Below, piece by piece: positions 44,601 to 56,883 of a DNA stretch of 64,000 bases. Origin of the DNA: Orbicella franksi (taxonomy: Eukaryota); assembly GCA_964199315.1 (NCBI GenBank), contig OZ116700.1, positions 34,410,001-34,474,000 of the forward strand. Direction: 5' to 3'. The notes beneath the pieces were generated by a model that worked only from the letters and a program-made list of their open reading frames with translations, searched no databases and was not told the DNA's origin. Every line of letters starts with the position of its first letter. The stretch's first letter is position 1. Both the position numbers and the translations under genes were made by a program.

Positions 44601-47600
44601 GGATAGCCACTATACATCTAATAATGTTTTGGAATTCAGCCAGTCTTGAGAGATTGATTGAAATAAATAGTACTGCTTAAATGCATTTGTTTACTGTGAA
44701 AAGATTTTGTGATGTACATTTTGCACTTGCTGTTAAGAAGATTCGCTAAAACCCCGGACAAAATTAGACAGCAGTTGAGACAAATTGAAAAAAATAGCTT
44801 CATACCCTTCACTCATCAAGCTAGTTGATCTATTACAAGCCGCTAGCTAGGGGTTGAATCTTGATCAATATTCACAATCTGCTGAACTAATAGGCTACAG
44901 TGCCTGTTGGGAGAGGATTTTAATAATTGACTGTTTCTTATTGAAATTTTTCAAATTCAGGTTTTCCGTGTCCCATTGGAAGAACGCCGCTACAAACAGC
45001 CCAATGAAAATGCCTTTGGAGATGACCGCCAGCGTGAGATTTGTCGTGATATCATGGCTAAGACTGGAGCAGCAATTGAGATCAGTTCTGGAAAAGATCA
45101 AGGATTGACAATCATGGTCACTGGAAAACCAGAGTTGCTAGCTAAAGCCAGACGTATGGTACTCACCCAGCTTCAGACCCAGGTAACTTGCTTTTTTTAG
45201 TACACTCGTGCAGTACAGAATACAGAAAATGGTATGTTCTTGAGCAAGCACATGTAGTGTAATGAGTAAAATACTTGTAAATATAATATATAAAATGAAA
45301 ATTATCAGTGGCACCTTGATGGAGTAGTTATCCGTCCACTGTTTGGAATTTGGAAAGTGTTGGCTTTTGTGGAGGGAGTAAAACTGGAGAACCAGTAGAA
45401 AAACCCTCAGAACAAATACAAGTACTACCAACAGAATCGACCCACTTATAATGCCAGGTGAGGGATTCGAATCCTGGCCACATTGCTGGGAGCCAAATTC
45501 TCTCATCACTACCCCCGCTCCACATGTATTATTAAGCACTTAATGACTGGCCCCAAGAGAAACAGTGGTTTTGTTTCCCTGAGACCCTCAGTGTTCCCCA
45601 GGCAGAACTGAGAGGAACATTTGGGGTTGAGGGGAAACAAAACTCTCTCTTTCTCGTGGGGCCAGTCATTTAGTGATTTGCTATACCTTCCAACTCAAAA
45701 ATAGAACAAACTGCAAAAAAGGCTAAATACTGTATCTGGTGTGGGCAGCCCCAGTGTTAACACTGTGCAAGCCAGCCCGAGACCCTAGAATCTTCAAGGT
45801 CTTATTAATTGTGGTTGATTCACTAATGGTCAAGTCTGCTCACCTGGTTGGAGTAACAGGTAGTTCAGTAGGTATCAAAGACTATTAGTTTGTATGTGTA
45901 TATTTAGCACAGAAATATGACTTGGACCATCTAACATTGTTTGATGTGTGGCGTTTGTACTCAGGCTAATGTTGACCTCGGCATCCCTCGAGAACATCAC
46001 AAATTCATTCTTGGCAAAGGAGGAAAGACCTTGCAGCAACTGGAACTACAAACTGCAACAAAAATCACCATGCCAAGGGATGGGTCAGATCTCATCCGAA
46101 TCGTCGGCACCAAGGAAGGTGTAGACAGTGCTCGGCATGAGATTCAGATTATTTCGGATGAACAGGTAAATGAAACAAAATAGATATATGCCACAAAGCA
46201 CTCATAAATAAGTGATAGAAGCAGGGGTTTCATTAAGGGCAGGGCACTGGGCAAATTGCCTGGCTGTGAGGATGATTTTGCCTGCCTGGTTTGACCATCT
46301 AGATAAGAGTTGTTCTTATGATGAAGTTCAGTGAAAAAAGGTTTTGCCCGCCTGTGAAAACCAGTTGCCCTCCAGCTGAAAATGTTAATGAAACCCCTGT
46401 AGAAAATGGAGAGAAATATGTTAGTAAGCGTACTTATAGATATAAATAGAGTCAGATGTTTTTGGAATGCAATGTAATGCCTTCATCAGGGTTGGTTTTT
46501 CAAAAGCAAATGTGTGAGCTTGAGTAGATGTTGTCTTTTGTGGAGACAGGATGCCCTGGAGTGGATTAGAGGAAAATAATAGTATATTAGTGCATTACAG
46601 CAGTAAAATTACAACATATGACTAAGTAAGATTTGTGAAGATATTTTTAAGGTTTTGGATAATAAGGTTTAACTATGCCACATCTGATTTCTCTTATCGA
46701 GGCTAAACTGGCTTTTGAACGGCTCAATATTGAACATGTGTACCACCCTTTCATTGCTGGAGCTAACGCTTCCAAGATCATGGAGCAGACTGGAGCTCGA
46801 ATCAATATCCCACCACCATCAGCTCAGAAGGATGAGATCACTATTGCGGGAGAGAAGGAAGGTGTAGCCACAGCAAAGGAAACGATCATGGCAATTTATG
46901 AAGAAAAGAAACGCAAAACTACCACTGTGTCCATTGAGGTGAAAAAGTCCCAGCACAAGTATGTCATTGGTCCTCGGGGTGGAACTCTGCAAGAAATACT
47001 TGCTTTGACTGGTAAGGAAATATTGGAATAAAGCTCTGGCCTGAGTTGTTTGAAGGTGGATAACGCTATCCACTGGATAGCATTTTATCCGGTGGATAGC
47101 ATTATCCACCTTTTGAACAACTGGGGCCTGGAGTTTTTCATGTTTTGGTGAACAACTTAGGTGGAAATGGCTTGGTGAAAAGGAGTGATCAGAAAGTTTT
47201 GGGATTCTTATTTATATACTTTTATGTTTTATGTTAACTTTCATCAGGTGTTTCCGTGGAAATGCCACCCCTTGATAGTGACCTAGAAACCATCACTTTA
47301 CGTGGTGAGCCAGACAAGCTTGGAAGAGCTTTAACACAGGTGTACGAAAAAGCTAGCAGTGTTGTTTCTGCTGAAGTTGATGCTCCTCGCTGGCTGCATA
47401 GGTTTATCATTGGTAGGAAAGGACAGAACATTCGGAAAATAACCCAGGATTTACCCAAGGTAATAAAGGAAGTTTATTGAGTAGAGAAGTCTTGTGTTAG
47501 TTGCTTATTAAATAAGTATTTTATTTTGTACAGGTCATGAACAACTTAATGTGTGTGTATTTTTTAACAGGTCCACGTGGAATTCAGTGATGAGAAAGAC

Positions 47601-50600
47601 AGTGTCTCCTTGGAGGGGCCTCCTCAAGAAGTGGAGAAAGCGCAGGAATCTTTGGAGACCTTCATCAGAGAACTGGTTAGTAAACAGTGTACAATGGTCA
47701 TGCATTGATACATGCCAATTTTTTGTTAGGAGTATGAATTTTTCATTCCCAACGGGTGTTGGCCGCTGTCTTTTAACTTGAATTTGTCGTCTTCATTTTG
47801 ATTTTGTTTCAATTTGCAGAAAGCGTCAATGGACTATGCAGAAATCAATGTGGAGCACAAATTTCATCCTCACATCATCGGCAAGAATGGAAGCAATGGT
47901 ATGTTTAATGATACATGTATCATCGAGAATTGTGTGGACTTGGTTTCCTCAGGAGTTTTGGTTAAAACTCAACTTCCATAGTTGAACTGAGTTGGAGGAC
48001 ATTCTTTATTGTGATATTTATAATGTGTGCTCATTTGTCTTTAGTGAATCGCATCAAGACTGAGACAGGAACATCCATTTTGATCCCATCCAACAATGAA
48101 AAAAGTAACATCCTCAGGATCGAAGGATCGCCAAAAGGCGTGGCTCTGGCTAAAGCTGAAATTCTGCAGATGGTTAAAAAACTGGTAAGTCCACCTCCTG
48201 GGTTAATTGTCCTTACTTTGCAGCTTACATTTTTTTGTAATTTACCAAGTGAAGTTTTTTAAGTTCTCTTTTACAGTGTGGGAAGAGAGGTACTGTAGAT
48301 TTAAAGGTTATGTGTTGTCAGAGATGCTGGCTGAGAAGTCACTCTAACAAGCTTGAAACAAGTACAGTCAGAAAGTGTCGATTGCCTGATGTGTCACTAA
48401 AAAATCTTTTGGTCAAGATTGAAAATCATAGTACCATGGCTGCTAAAAAAATCCATATAGTCATTTCTTTGGTTATTAAACAGAACCTAAAAATCTAAAT
48501 AGATTTCTTTTGTGACCAATCAGCACCTGTAATTTTATGTAGACTCAGTTTCCCAGAAAAGTTGTCCATAGTTTTGATGATTTTGCTGGCTCTTTAGAGT
48601 TTGTGACCCAATGTGTTTACCTCACCAATAACTTTAGTATTTTCCTGGGATGTGTAAATTCAATTCCAGAAGTTGTAGACCGAACCTCACAACCTACCTA
48701 TGGTGTTGTATTATCTTGCAGGAAAATGAAAAGACTAAAGACGTGCTCATTGAACAACGATTCCACCGAACCATCATCGGAGCCAAAGGTGAAAAGATCC
48801 GTGAAATTCGTGATAAGTATCCCGAAGTTCAAATCTCTTTCCCCGATGCTGGCAAGAAAAGTGACATTGTGAACTTACGAGGACCGAGGGAAGATGTGGA
48901 CAGCGTTTACACTCTCCTCAAGAAACTGAATTCTGAACTGGTAAGGCTTGTTTGTTTAGCATGTGTTAATTTGGCAGTGTACTGTATGTACAATCGATCA
49001 GTCGAAAACTACTTTAGGCAGCACGGTTTTAAAATCTCCTCTTTTTTCACAATGCACAGATTGCTGCCAATTTCCGCGTGGAGGTTCCAATTTTCAAACA
49101 GTTCCACAAGAATGTGATTGGTAGAGGTGGAGCTACTATCAAGAAGGTAAAAAAACTAATGTATCTTGGCAAATAACAATATTGTTGTGTGTTTCCACTC
49201 ATAAGTTCAGTGTGACTGATAGCTAAAGAACAAATTGAAAACACTGTATTAATTTTCATAAAATCTGCATCAAAAAGTCTCAACAAGTTGGTGCCAAACA
49301 CAGTTGATACCTTCTCAGCATTTCCCCTTTTGGGCAAGAAAGTTGCATTCATGAACATTGCTTTCTTGTGCAGGTGTACTCTGTATCTAAGTAAATATTC
49401 AATTCTTAGAACTCTTTTTTGCTTTTGTTTCCCTTTGGTTTTTCGATCAGAAAGGAGGTATCGCTTTGTAGTCTCAGTTTGTTGTGTTGATTTAGTCTTG
49501 TCTGTGTACTCTCATATAAAGTTTAGTCTGGTTAATCCACAGTCTTAGGTAATAATGGAAAAGTGTCCCTTAGCTTTGGTTCCAATGTCGGTCTTGAGTG
49601 CACACACACTCACTATATTTGTGTTAATGTAAACCATGTTCTCCTTAACTGACCGTTTTGTGCTGTTTTCTTTGCAGATTCGTGAAGAGACTGACACCAA
49701 GATTGAGTTGCCATCAGAAGGAAGTGACAGTGATATGATCGTTATCACAGGACACAAAGCACAAGTGGAAGCAGCTCGAGATCGCATCATTGCAATCCAG
49801 AATGAACTGGTGAGAGTCTTGATCCTCTAGCTTTGCCATTGTCTTTACATTCATAGTCCAAGCACCAAGTGAGCAGGCAGTAAAATGACAGGAAGATATG
49901 ACATAAATCATTACAGACTGAGAAAATTTGGTTGATTAGACTGCTGTTGTTTCACTCTGGATATTTAAGGTAACCACTTTTGATAAGTCAAACAATGAGA
50001 AGTGCCCTGTACTGTAAATACATGTAGTTGTAATAAGACAAAGAAATAGAGAAGAGTAATAAGAAAAATGAATCCCAGTCTAAATGGGCTGATTTATAGG
50101 GTACGAGTATTCCCTCTTTTGTTTAGTCCATCAAGCATGACCATATATTTCTTTTGCATCATGCATGGTGGTCTAAGCAAAAGCGGGACCACTTGTAGCC
50201 TAGCTAATGAATTTGTACTGTTTAAGTCAATACTGGTGATTCCAAGTTTCAGACCAGTTTTAAAAGTAAGCTCTTCTTTGCAGGCAAATGTCACTCAAAT
50301 AGAAGTTAACGTCCCACATAAGCATCACAATGCTGTGATTGGTGCCAAGGGTCGACTCATTCGCTCCATCATGGATGAGTGTGGTGGAGTTAGCATCAAA
50401 TTCCCGCCAGAGGGCAGTAACAGTGATAAAGTCCTCATCCGTGGACCCAAGGATGATGTTGAAAAGGCCAAGAAACAACTTCTTGATCTTTTGAATGAAA
50501 AGGTTTGGATCAGAATTGTGAATAACATTCTTCTGGTTAATGTTAAGGGTGCTAAAATTGCAGCCATAGTCGAACAACGTTGTGAATAAGAAAGGAAATA

Positions 50601-50913
50601 GATATGCAAATTTTCCATTGTTTTTCACTATGGTATCCCATATTGAACACACCTTTTGCATTGTACATGTATTTCAACGTAAATTCTTTCTTGTGAACTG
50701 TTCATGACCCTAGAGCATGCATCCACAGGTGTACTGACATTAGTGCAGTAATATATCAAACACGAAAGAATTTTTTTTTTACCCTAACTTTCTATTTTTC
50801 TATTTATTAATAAAAAAAGAACGTTTGTAACTGTTGATAGACTCTCCCGCCCAGACTAGCACTAGCTATCCACGGGCCAGTCCAAATCTTAAGGGTAACT
50901 GATTAAGAAATAA

Positions 50914-50978
<65 letters not shown>

Positions 50979-53900
50979 CTGATTGATTGATTGTTTGACT
51001 ACATTTCTAAACTCCGAGAAGAGAGTTGAAAATAGGACGCACAGCAAAGTATTTTTGACAGACGTCGAGGTGTTTGGAATTATGGTTCAACTCTGTCTTT
51101 GAGTGTTTGATATATCTTCTCATTCGAAACTAAAACTGAGGAGAAAATGGAGAAATGTAATCGTTAAATTCTGTGCTAAGGAAGATCAGATAATCATATC
51201 CAAACACCGTCACAGCCATGATTTCCTTTGTTTATACTTGATAAATTATTAATAAGTTTGAGAAGAAAGGTTCGTTTTCCTCGTAATGCTGCAAGACCTT
51301 TGATCACTGTCACTCACAAATCCCTTGGCAGGCAGCATACATTTGAGTGGCTCATAATGGTAAACCTGTTTCTGCTTTAACAGATTCTTTTTTGTGTGCC
51401 ACAGGAAACTAACAGTTACACCCTTGAGATCCGTGCAAAGTCACAGCACCATCGCTTCCTGATTGGCAGAGGAGGGGCCAACATCAAGAAAGTTCGGGAA
51501 AATACTGGCGCAAGGGTTGTATTCCCAACACCAAGTGATGAAGACAAGGAACTGATTACAATCATTGGAAAGAAAGAAGGAGTTGAAGCAGCCAAACAAG
51601 AACTTCTGAAAGCCATTAAAGATCTGGTACGAAGAGTGCTTTGATTGAAATATCAAATATCCTCATTGGTTTTGATACTTTTTTTTTTTTTTTTTGAAAT
51701 TTAGCTCGGAGAATTTGGTGATACTTCCAGATAATATCTCCCTGATGACTTTGTTTATGCTCATCACCTGTTGCTTGTTAATGGATGATTTTGTAAAGAG
51801 AAATTAATCTTGCTCACTCTCGATTTTGAAAACGAAGAGACAGCTACTTGATTATTATTTTTATTCAACAATTGGGGTTAAACATGGATCTGAGGTCTAA
51901 GGTCCTTCAGCCCTTCTTTTTTCCTTTGTTCGTTGAGCGTGACGCGAAAGAACACACAAAAGGGAAAATAACCGAGTGAGGATTTGTCCTCTGAGGTTTC
52001 GTGTGTCGACTAAACTCGGTCTAGTACATGCTGTTAACTAATGTTTTGTCTCTTTCCAGGACAATATTGTTGAGGGCGAAGTGCACGTGGACCCCAAACA
52101 CCACAAGTACTTTGTAGCCAAGCGAGGTGAAAAGCTGCGAGAAATCGCTGATGACTTTGGAGGAGTTGTTGTCAGTTTCCCTAGAAACGGCGTCAACTCC
52201 GACCGCGTCGTCCTGAAAGGTGCTAAAGATTGCATTGAAGGAGCCAAAAAGAGGATCTTGGAGATTGTAGATGAGCTCGACTCCATGGTGTCTATTGACT
52301 GTGTCATTCCACAGAAATACCACCGGAACATCATGGGAGCCAAAGGAGTCAATGTACAGAAGGTCACTTCGCAGCACAAAGTTCAGATCAAGTTTCCTGA
52401 CCGAGATCCCGGCGCCAGAGGTCAGGGTATGGTTAATGGCAGTTCCTCACCCGTGGAGGTCAACGGAGAAGATGCTGGGTCCCCTCCTGCGAGTCCTCGC
52501 AAGTGTGACACCATCACCATTACTGGCTCAAAGGACAATGCTGAGGCAGCCAGGGAGGCCTTGTTGGTAAGTCAAACTCGCATCTAACTTCATCATCCAA
52601 TCGTAAACCCTACGTAAAGGGGCTCAGTCACAGTGTTTTGAGTTATTTTGGGCACGTGCAAAACTACGGCGTACCTTAAATTTGAAGGAAACCTGAAAAT
52701 AGTAGTTTACCAAGGCAGAAAAACACCAAAGAGGTATAATAGACCATAAAGGAACAAGGATGGTTAAGGGTGGAGAAAGTTAACACCGACTCACTGCAAT
52801 CACGAACTTGAAAAATTTATGATGTTAAACTTTTCAGGGTGCACAAACAGTGACGTAGCTCCTTAAAGATTTATGAAGATTTATTGAAAATTTTGAAACA
52901 TTAATTTTGCTGAAGACACGTGAAGTAGAAGCCCTTCTTCTCCCAAACTTCTTAAATTTTGCAAAAGTTACTGAAACATGTACATAACTACTGTAGAAAC
53001 TTGCAACATGAGCACTTCTGACATAACTTTGAAAGACAGTTTTAAAGCCCTTCTAGATTCTGCAAATCACATTTTTATTTTAGACGTACATGTAGTTAAT
53101 GTAATAGGAAACACGATAGTTCACTGATATTTTGGTTTGGAAGAAAACACTTGAGTCTACAGCTCTTTTGCTTTCCACCCCAAAGAATCATTATTTTGTT
53201 CTCCGGTGTAACCAGTCTCCCCGAAAAGTGTGAAAGAGGACTGGACCTACAGCTAACGCGTTTCTTCTTTTCACTTCAGGAACTTGTTCCAATCACTGAA
53301 ACGATGACCATTCCTTTTGATTACCATCGCTTCATCATTGGTGCAAAAGGAGCAAATGTACGCCAGATGATGGATGAATTCGACGTGAATATCACCATAC
53401 CTCCCTCTAGGGATGAATCTGACCAGGTTGTGATTGTTGGAACTCGACCCAAGGTCAACAAGGCCATAGAGGCTCTGGAACAAAAGGTGGCTGAGATTGA
53501 GGCAGAGAATGAGGACCGGGTGAGTTTTGGATCTTCCTTACAGGGACCTTTTATTATATGAGAGGACATTTTTCCCTTTAGTGTTCCAGACTGTAAATTA
53601 ATGGCACGTGTATGGTCCTTTCCACAGCAACTACGCAGTTTCAAAATGGAGATCAGTGTTGCAAGTTCTTATCATCCTAAGATCATTGGCCGCAAGGGAC
53701 AAGTCATTCAGAAAATCCGCACAGATCACGCGGTGCAGATACAGTTTCCACCTGTGGAAGCGTCGGAGTCTGAAGCTGACAAGATTGTTTTGACAGGATA
53801 TGAACACAACTGTGAAGCTGCCAAGGAAGCCATTTTGAAGATAGTAAGGGAACTGGTAGGTATTTATTGGTTATAAGCATCCACATTTCCTTAAAGAGCA

Positions 53901-55359
53901 CAGTCACGGTATTTTGATTAATTTTGGTAGCGCACAAAAATACCTTTACTTCAAAGAAACCAGAGATTAGTAGTTTTCTAAACTAGAAAAACACCAAAAA
54001 GATAATAATAAACCATAAAGGAAAAACGATGATTAACGATGGAGAAGATTAACACGGATTACGAAAGACGAACTTGAAAAATTTAGTCTAAACTTTTCAT
54101 GATGCACAAACTGTGACGTAGCTTCTTTAAGAGTCCATGAATTTGGCTTTGCGTTAACAATATAATGTAGCTAGTAGTGTGTGAAGTGCAGGACCCCCTT
54201 TGCAGGCACTCGCCTAATTCGGACACTTCATTATTGCAGACAGTGGTTTTGTTCCTTGCTCACCTATACAGACACTTCCTGTTGTTCCAACAGGGGACAT
54301 CTGTGGTGGTCACCTCGACACGTTCAATATTAGTATTAATCATGTTCTTTTAGTGTCTAACATTCGCGCATTTTCTTTTTTAATAGGAAGACCAAGTTAG
54401 TGTGGAAGTCCCTATCGACCCGCGGGTTCATCGCCGTTTGATTGGCACCAAGGGTCGTACCATCCGTAAATTCATGGATACATACAAGGTGGACATCCGG
54501 TTCCCCTCTCTCAACACTTCTGATCCTGTCGTCATTTCCGGCATGGCAGAGAATGTTGAAGAAGCGAAAGATCAACTTCTGCTGCTGGAAGAAGAATATG
54601 TAAGTGTTTACTTTTGAGTGATACTGTTAATTGTTTACCGATTAATCCTGGAACATATATGAACTAACCGTCAACTCGCTCGTCAACCAGACATTTTTCC
54701 TTGACTCAAAAATGCGAGGATAATAATTTTGATCGATGGATCGATCAATCAATAAATCAATTAATCACTCACACCAAGTATTTAATGTCTTCATTGTACA
54801 ACGTAACTTTTTCGGCACTACCCCCCCACCCCCCCCCCCACCCCACCCCAACCCACGCTCACAAACGTTTCTTATTTTGGAAATCGAAGCGTCTGCGCAA
54901 GTTGTTCCCCTCCCCCTCTCCCGTGCCTTGTCTTGGATCTGTTTTCGCTCTAAAGAGTATTTATTTCGATGGTTGCCGTAAGTCAAAGACCCTGGAACAA
55001 GGTATGCCTTGCTTTTGTTTGCAATGGTAGTAACTGTTGTCACGTTATTTCAGATGCAAGACGTACGTGACGAGATTGAACAGCATGATGTTCTAAGCCA
55101 TTATTTGAACCCGCCAAGCAAACAAAGCAACCAGGTTGGTTTTGTTGTCAGAGATGCTCCGTGGGACAACGTCCAGAACTCGGACAGCGACAGGAAACCC
55201 CAAAAGCAGCAACAGCAGCAACAGCAGCCACTGCCGCCTCGGCAGTCTGTCAAAGAGAAGCCCCCACCCCCAGACACAAGCAACATTGCTGACTTCCCCT
55301 GTATCGGCAGCTCCACGGCTGCCCCCCGCCCCACAGCTTGGGGCCCGGCACGCCGTTAG
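41657..55359 (+). CDS. HDLBP: Vigilin / HDL-binding protein, multi-KH RNA-binding protein (1305 aa)
   Basis: 18 exons: 41657-41932, 44961-45182, 45965-46165, 46702-47011, 47248-47459, 47571-47675, 47820-47898, 48045-48184, 48722-48940, 49060-49146, 49678-49809, 50284-50502, 51405-51626, 52060-52566, 53280-53519, 53628-53855, 54387-54599, 55054-55359 (3918 nt). PTYAEAFPPLP, VFRVPLEERRY and repeated IGxxG KH loops. Confidence 0.96.
45345..45521 (-). mobile_element. tRNA-derived SINE
   Basis: Reverse strand has a tRNA-like head with B-box GGATTCGAATCCC and a GGTTTTTCTACTGGTTCTCCAGTTTT core; related to 61381-61620. Confidence 0.7.
45529..45680. mobile_element. Palindromic MITE (ATGACTGGCCCC...GGGGCCAGTCAT)
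   Basis: Whole element is an imperfect inverted repeat. Confidence 0.75.
46222..46399. mobile_element. MITE with perfect 15-bp TIR CAGGGGTTTCATTAA
   Basis: 46222-46236 is inverted to 46385-46399; no exact TSD. Confidence 0.75.
47038..47128. mobile_element. Short palindromic MITE (GGATAGC/GCTATCC-rich)
   Basis: GGCC..AGTTGTTTGAAGGTGGATAACGCTATCCAC is inverted to GTGGATAGCATTATCCACCTTTTGAACAACTGGGGCC. Confidence 0.75.
50770..50992 (+). mobile_element. LINE-like 3' tail with a (GATT)~19 microsatellite, inserted inside the 50747-51265 repeat
   Basis: AATAAA at 50909-50914 followed by GATT repeats at 50917-50992; the host repeat resumes at ~51001. 5' boundary approximate. Confidence 0.65.
52616..52865. 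mobile_element. MITE (AAAGGGGCTCAGTCAC...GTGACGTAGCTCCTT); sister copy at 53893-54128
   Basis: Inverted termini; shared AGAAAAACACCAAA, ACCATAAAGGAA and CGAACTTGAAAAATTT blocks. Confidence 0.75.
53893..54128. mobile_element. MITE, sister copy of 52616-52865
   Basis: AAAGAGCACAGTCAC...GTGACGTAGCTTCTTT with TAA-like flanks. Confidence 0.75.
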
Positions 55360-56883
55360 CGTCAACTGGAACACGACATTTTAATGAGCAAGGTCATGGA
55401 CAGCTACATGAAAATTAAAATAGATTTTTAATAGCACGTTATAATTTTTGTCCCATGTACTGAAATGAAAGAATTTTTGTGTGACAAATTTTTGAGTTTC
55501 AATTGTGTTTGTCACGTCACCCAGTGTCATAATCTATTGTGTGGCCAACGTCACGTTGAGTTTTGATCAAATTTTATTGCTTTTGTCCCGCGTAGACCTT
55601 GAGTTTGTCGTGTGCCGGTGGGAAGTTTGCTTTTTGATTGGATAATAGGGTCATTACGGGGTTTTATTTACTTAGTGCAGCCTGAGGAAAATCTCATTTC
55701 ATCACCGTGTAGTTTTTTCCGACAAAAAAATTAAATTATTTTTTCATCTGATTTTAGCGACCACTCTTTCCCACGATCTCACTTCAGACTAAAATTAAAT
55801 AGAAAGAAAAAGGAAAAAAAGAGAAAAATCTAACGTAATATTTGATATTCTTTATATCTCCAACCCCATCAATAAAAAGTAGATGAATATTAAACCCATT
55901 ACCAGTCATGTGTCAGTGCGTCAAAGTAAACGGAAAACTGTAACCTTGTGAAAGGCAGGAAAACTACTCTGTGACCATTGGCCACTTTTACCAGTGGCCT
56001 TGTTGGGTCAAATAAACTGTTTAAACAGAGACGAAGTTGGCTGAATTTGCGGTGTGTTCCAGTTGATGATGTTTAACATCCAAATGACAAAATTACTTCA
56101 TTGTGATCGGCTGAGAGCGGGCCAATTCATTGTTAATTTTTAATTTTCTCTGCAGTGCAAATCGACGCGCGCGTTTGTCATTTTCTCAGTCTTAAGAAAT
56201 GACTGATCGAATGAAAGCTCGAGCAGCAGCGGAAGCGCTGCACGCGTGGCGACCGATAGTCGTGAGCTTTTGTACGCTGTGCGGGCCTGTTTCACGCATC
56301 ATTTATCGTAAGGCCGACGGGAGCCATGTAGAAATTTTGACTCGTAGTCCTGATCATTGAGTCTTTTCGCCTGGGATTGTAGCTTTATCAGGTCCCCCGG
56401 CTGCACGTCTGTCGGGGAGCAACTGATGAAAGCATTGTTTGTGCTGTTGTACGAATACCACTAAAGAATATAATGTTTCATCACAGAGTCTCTGTCAGTT
56501 TCATAGTTTGCAAGTATATCAAAGGGTCCTAGACCGAAAACAATTAATACCAAACGGCTGTAAACCGAAAGGAAAACGACACAATTCTGGGAGGAGGCAG
56601 AGTAATCTCCCGTCTCTGGGGGGAGGGAGATTAAGACACTGGCGACCGCCCGACCCAGACCCCGGACCCGTTCCTGGCCGATTGTTCCGACACCAAACGA
56701 ATTGTTGTGAAATTGTTTTGAAACGGCTGACGTAACAATCGCCCAATCAACAAAGTTACTTGAACGCAGCTCACATTTGTTCCAAGTCAACTAAGGACAA
56801 CATCAGTACAACATCGTATCGGTGATTTATTATTTTTTTTTATTTTGCCGCGTCACTGAGGCAAATCGAAAACGTGTTTTTTC

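Noticed and set aside
56100-56800. Short ORFs (e.g. MTDRMKARAAAEAL...) as a 5' exon rescuing the MCT pseudogene
   Set aside because: The region resembles an interspersed repeat, and downstream exons are disabled regardless.
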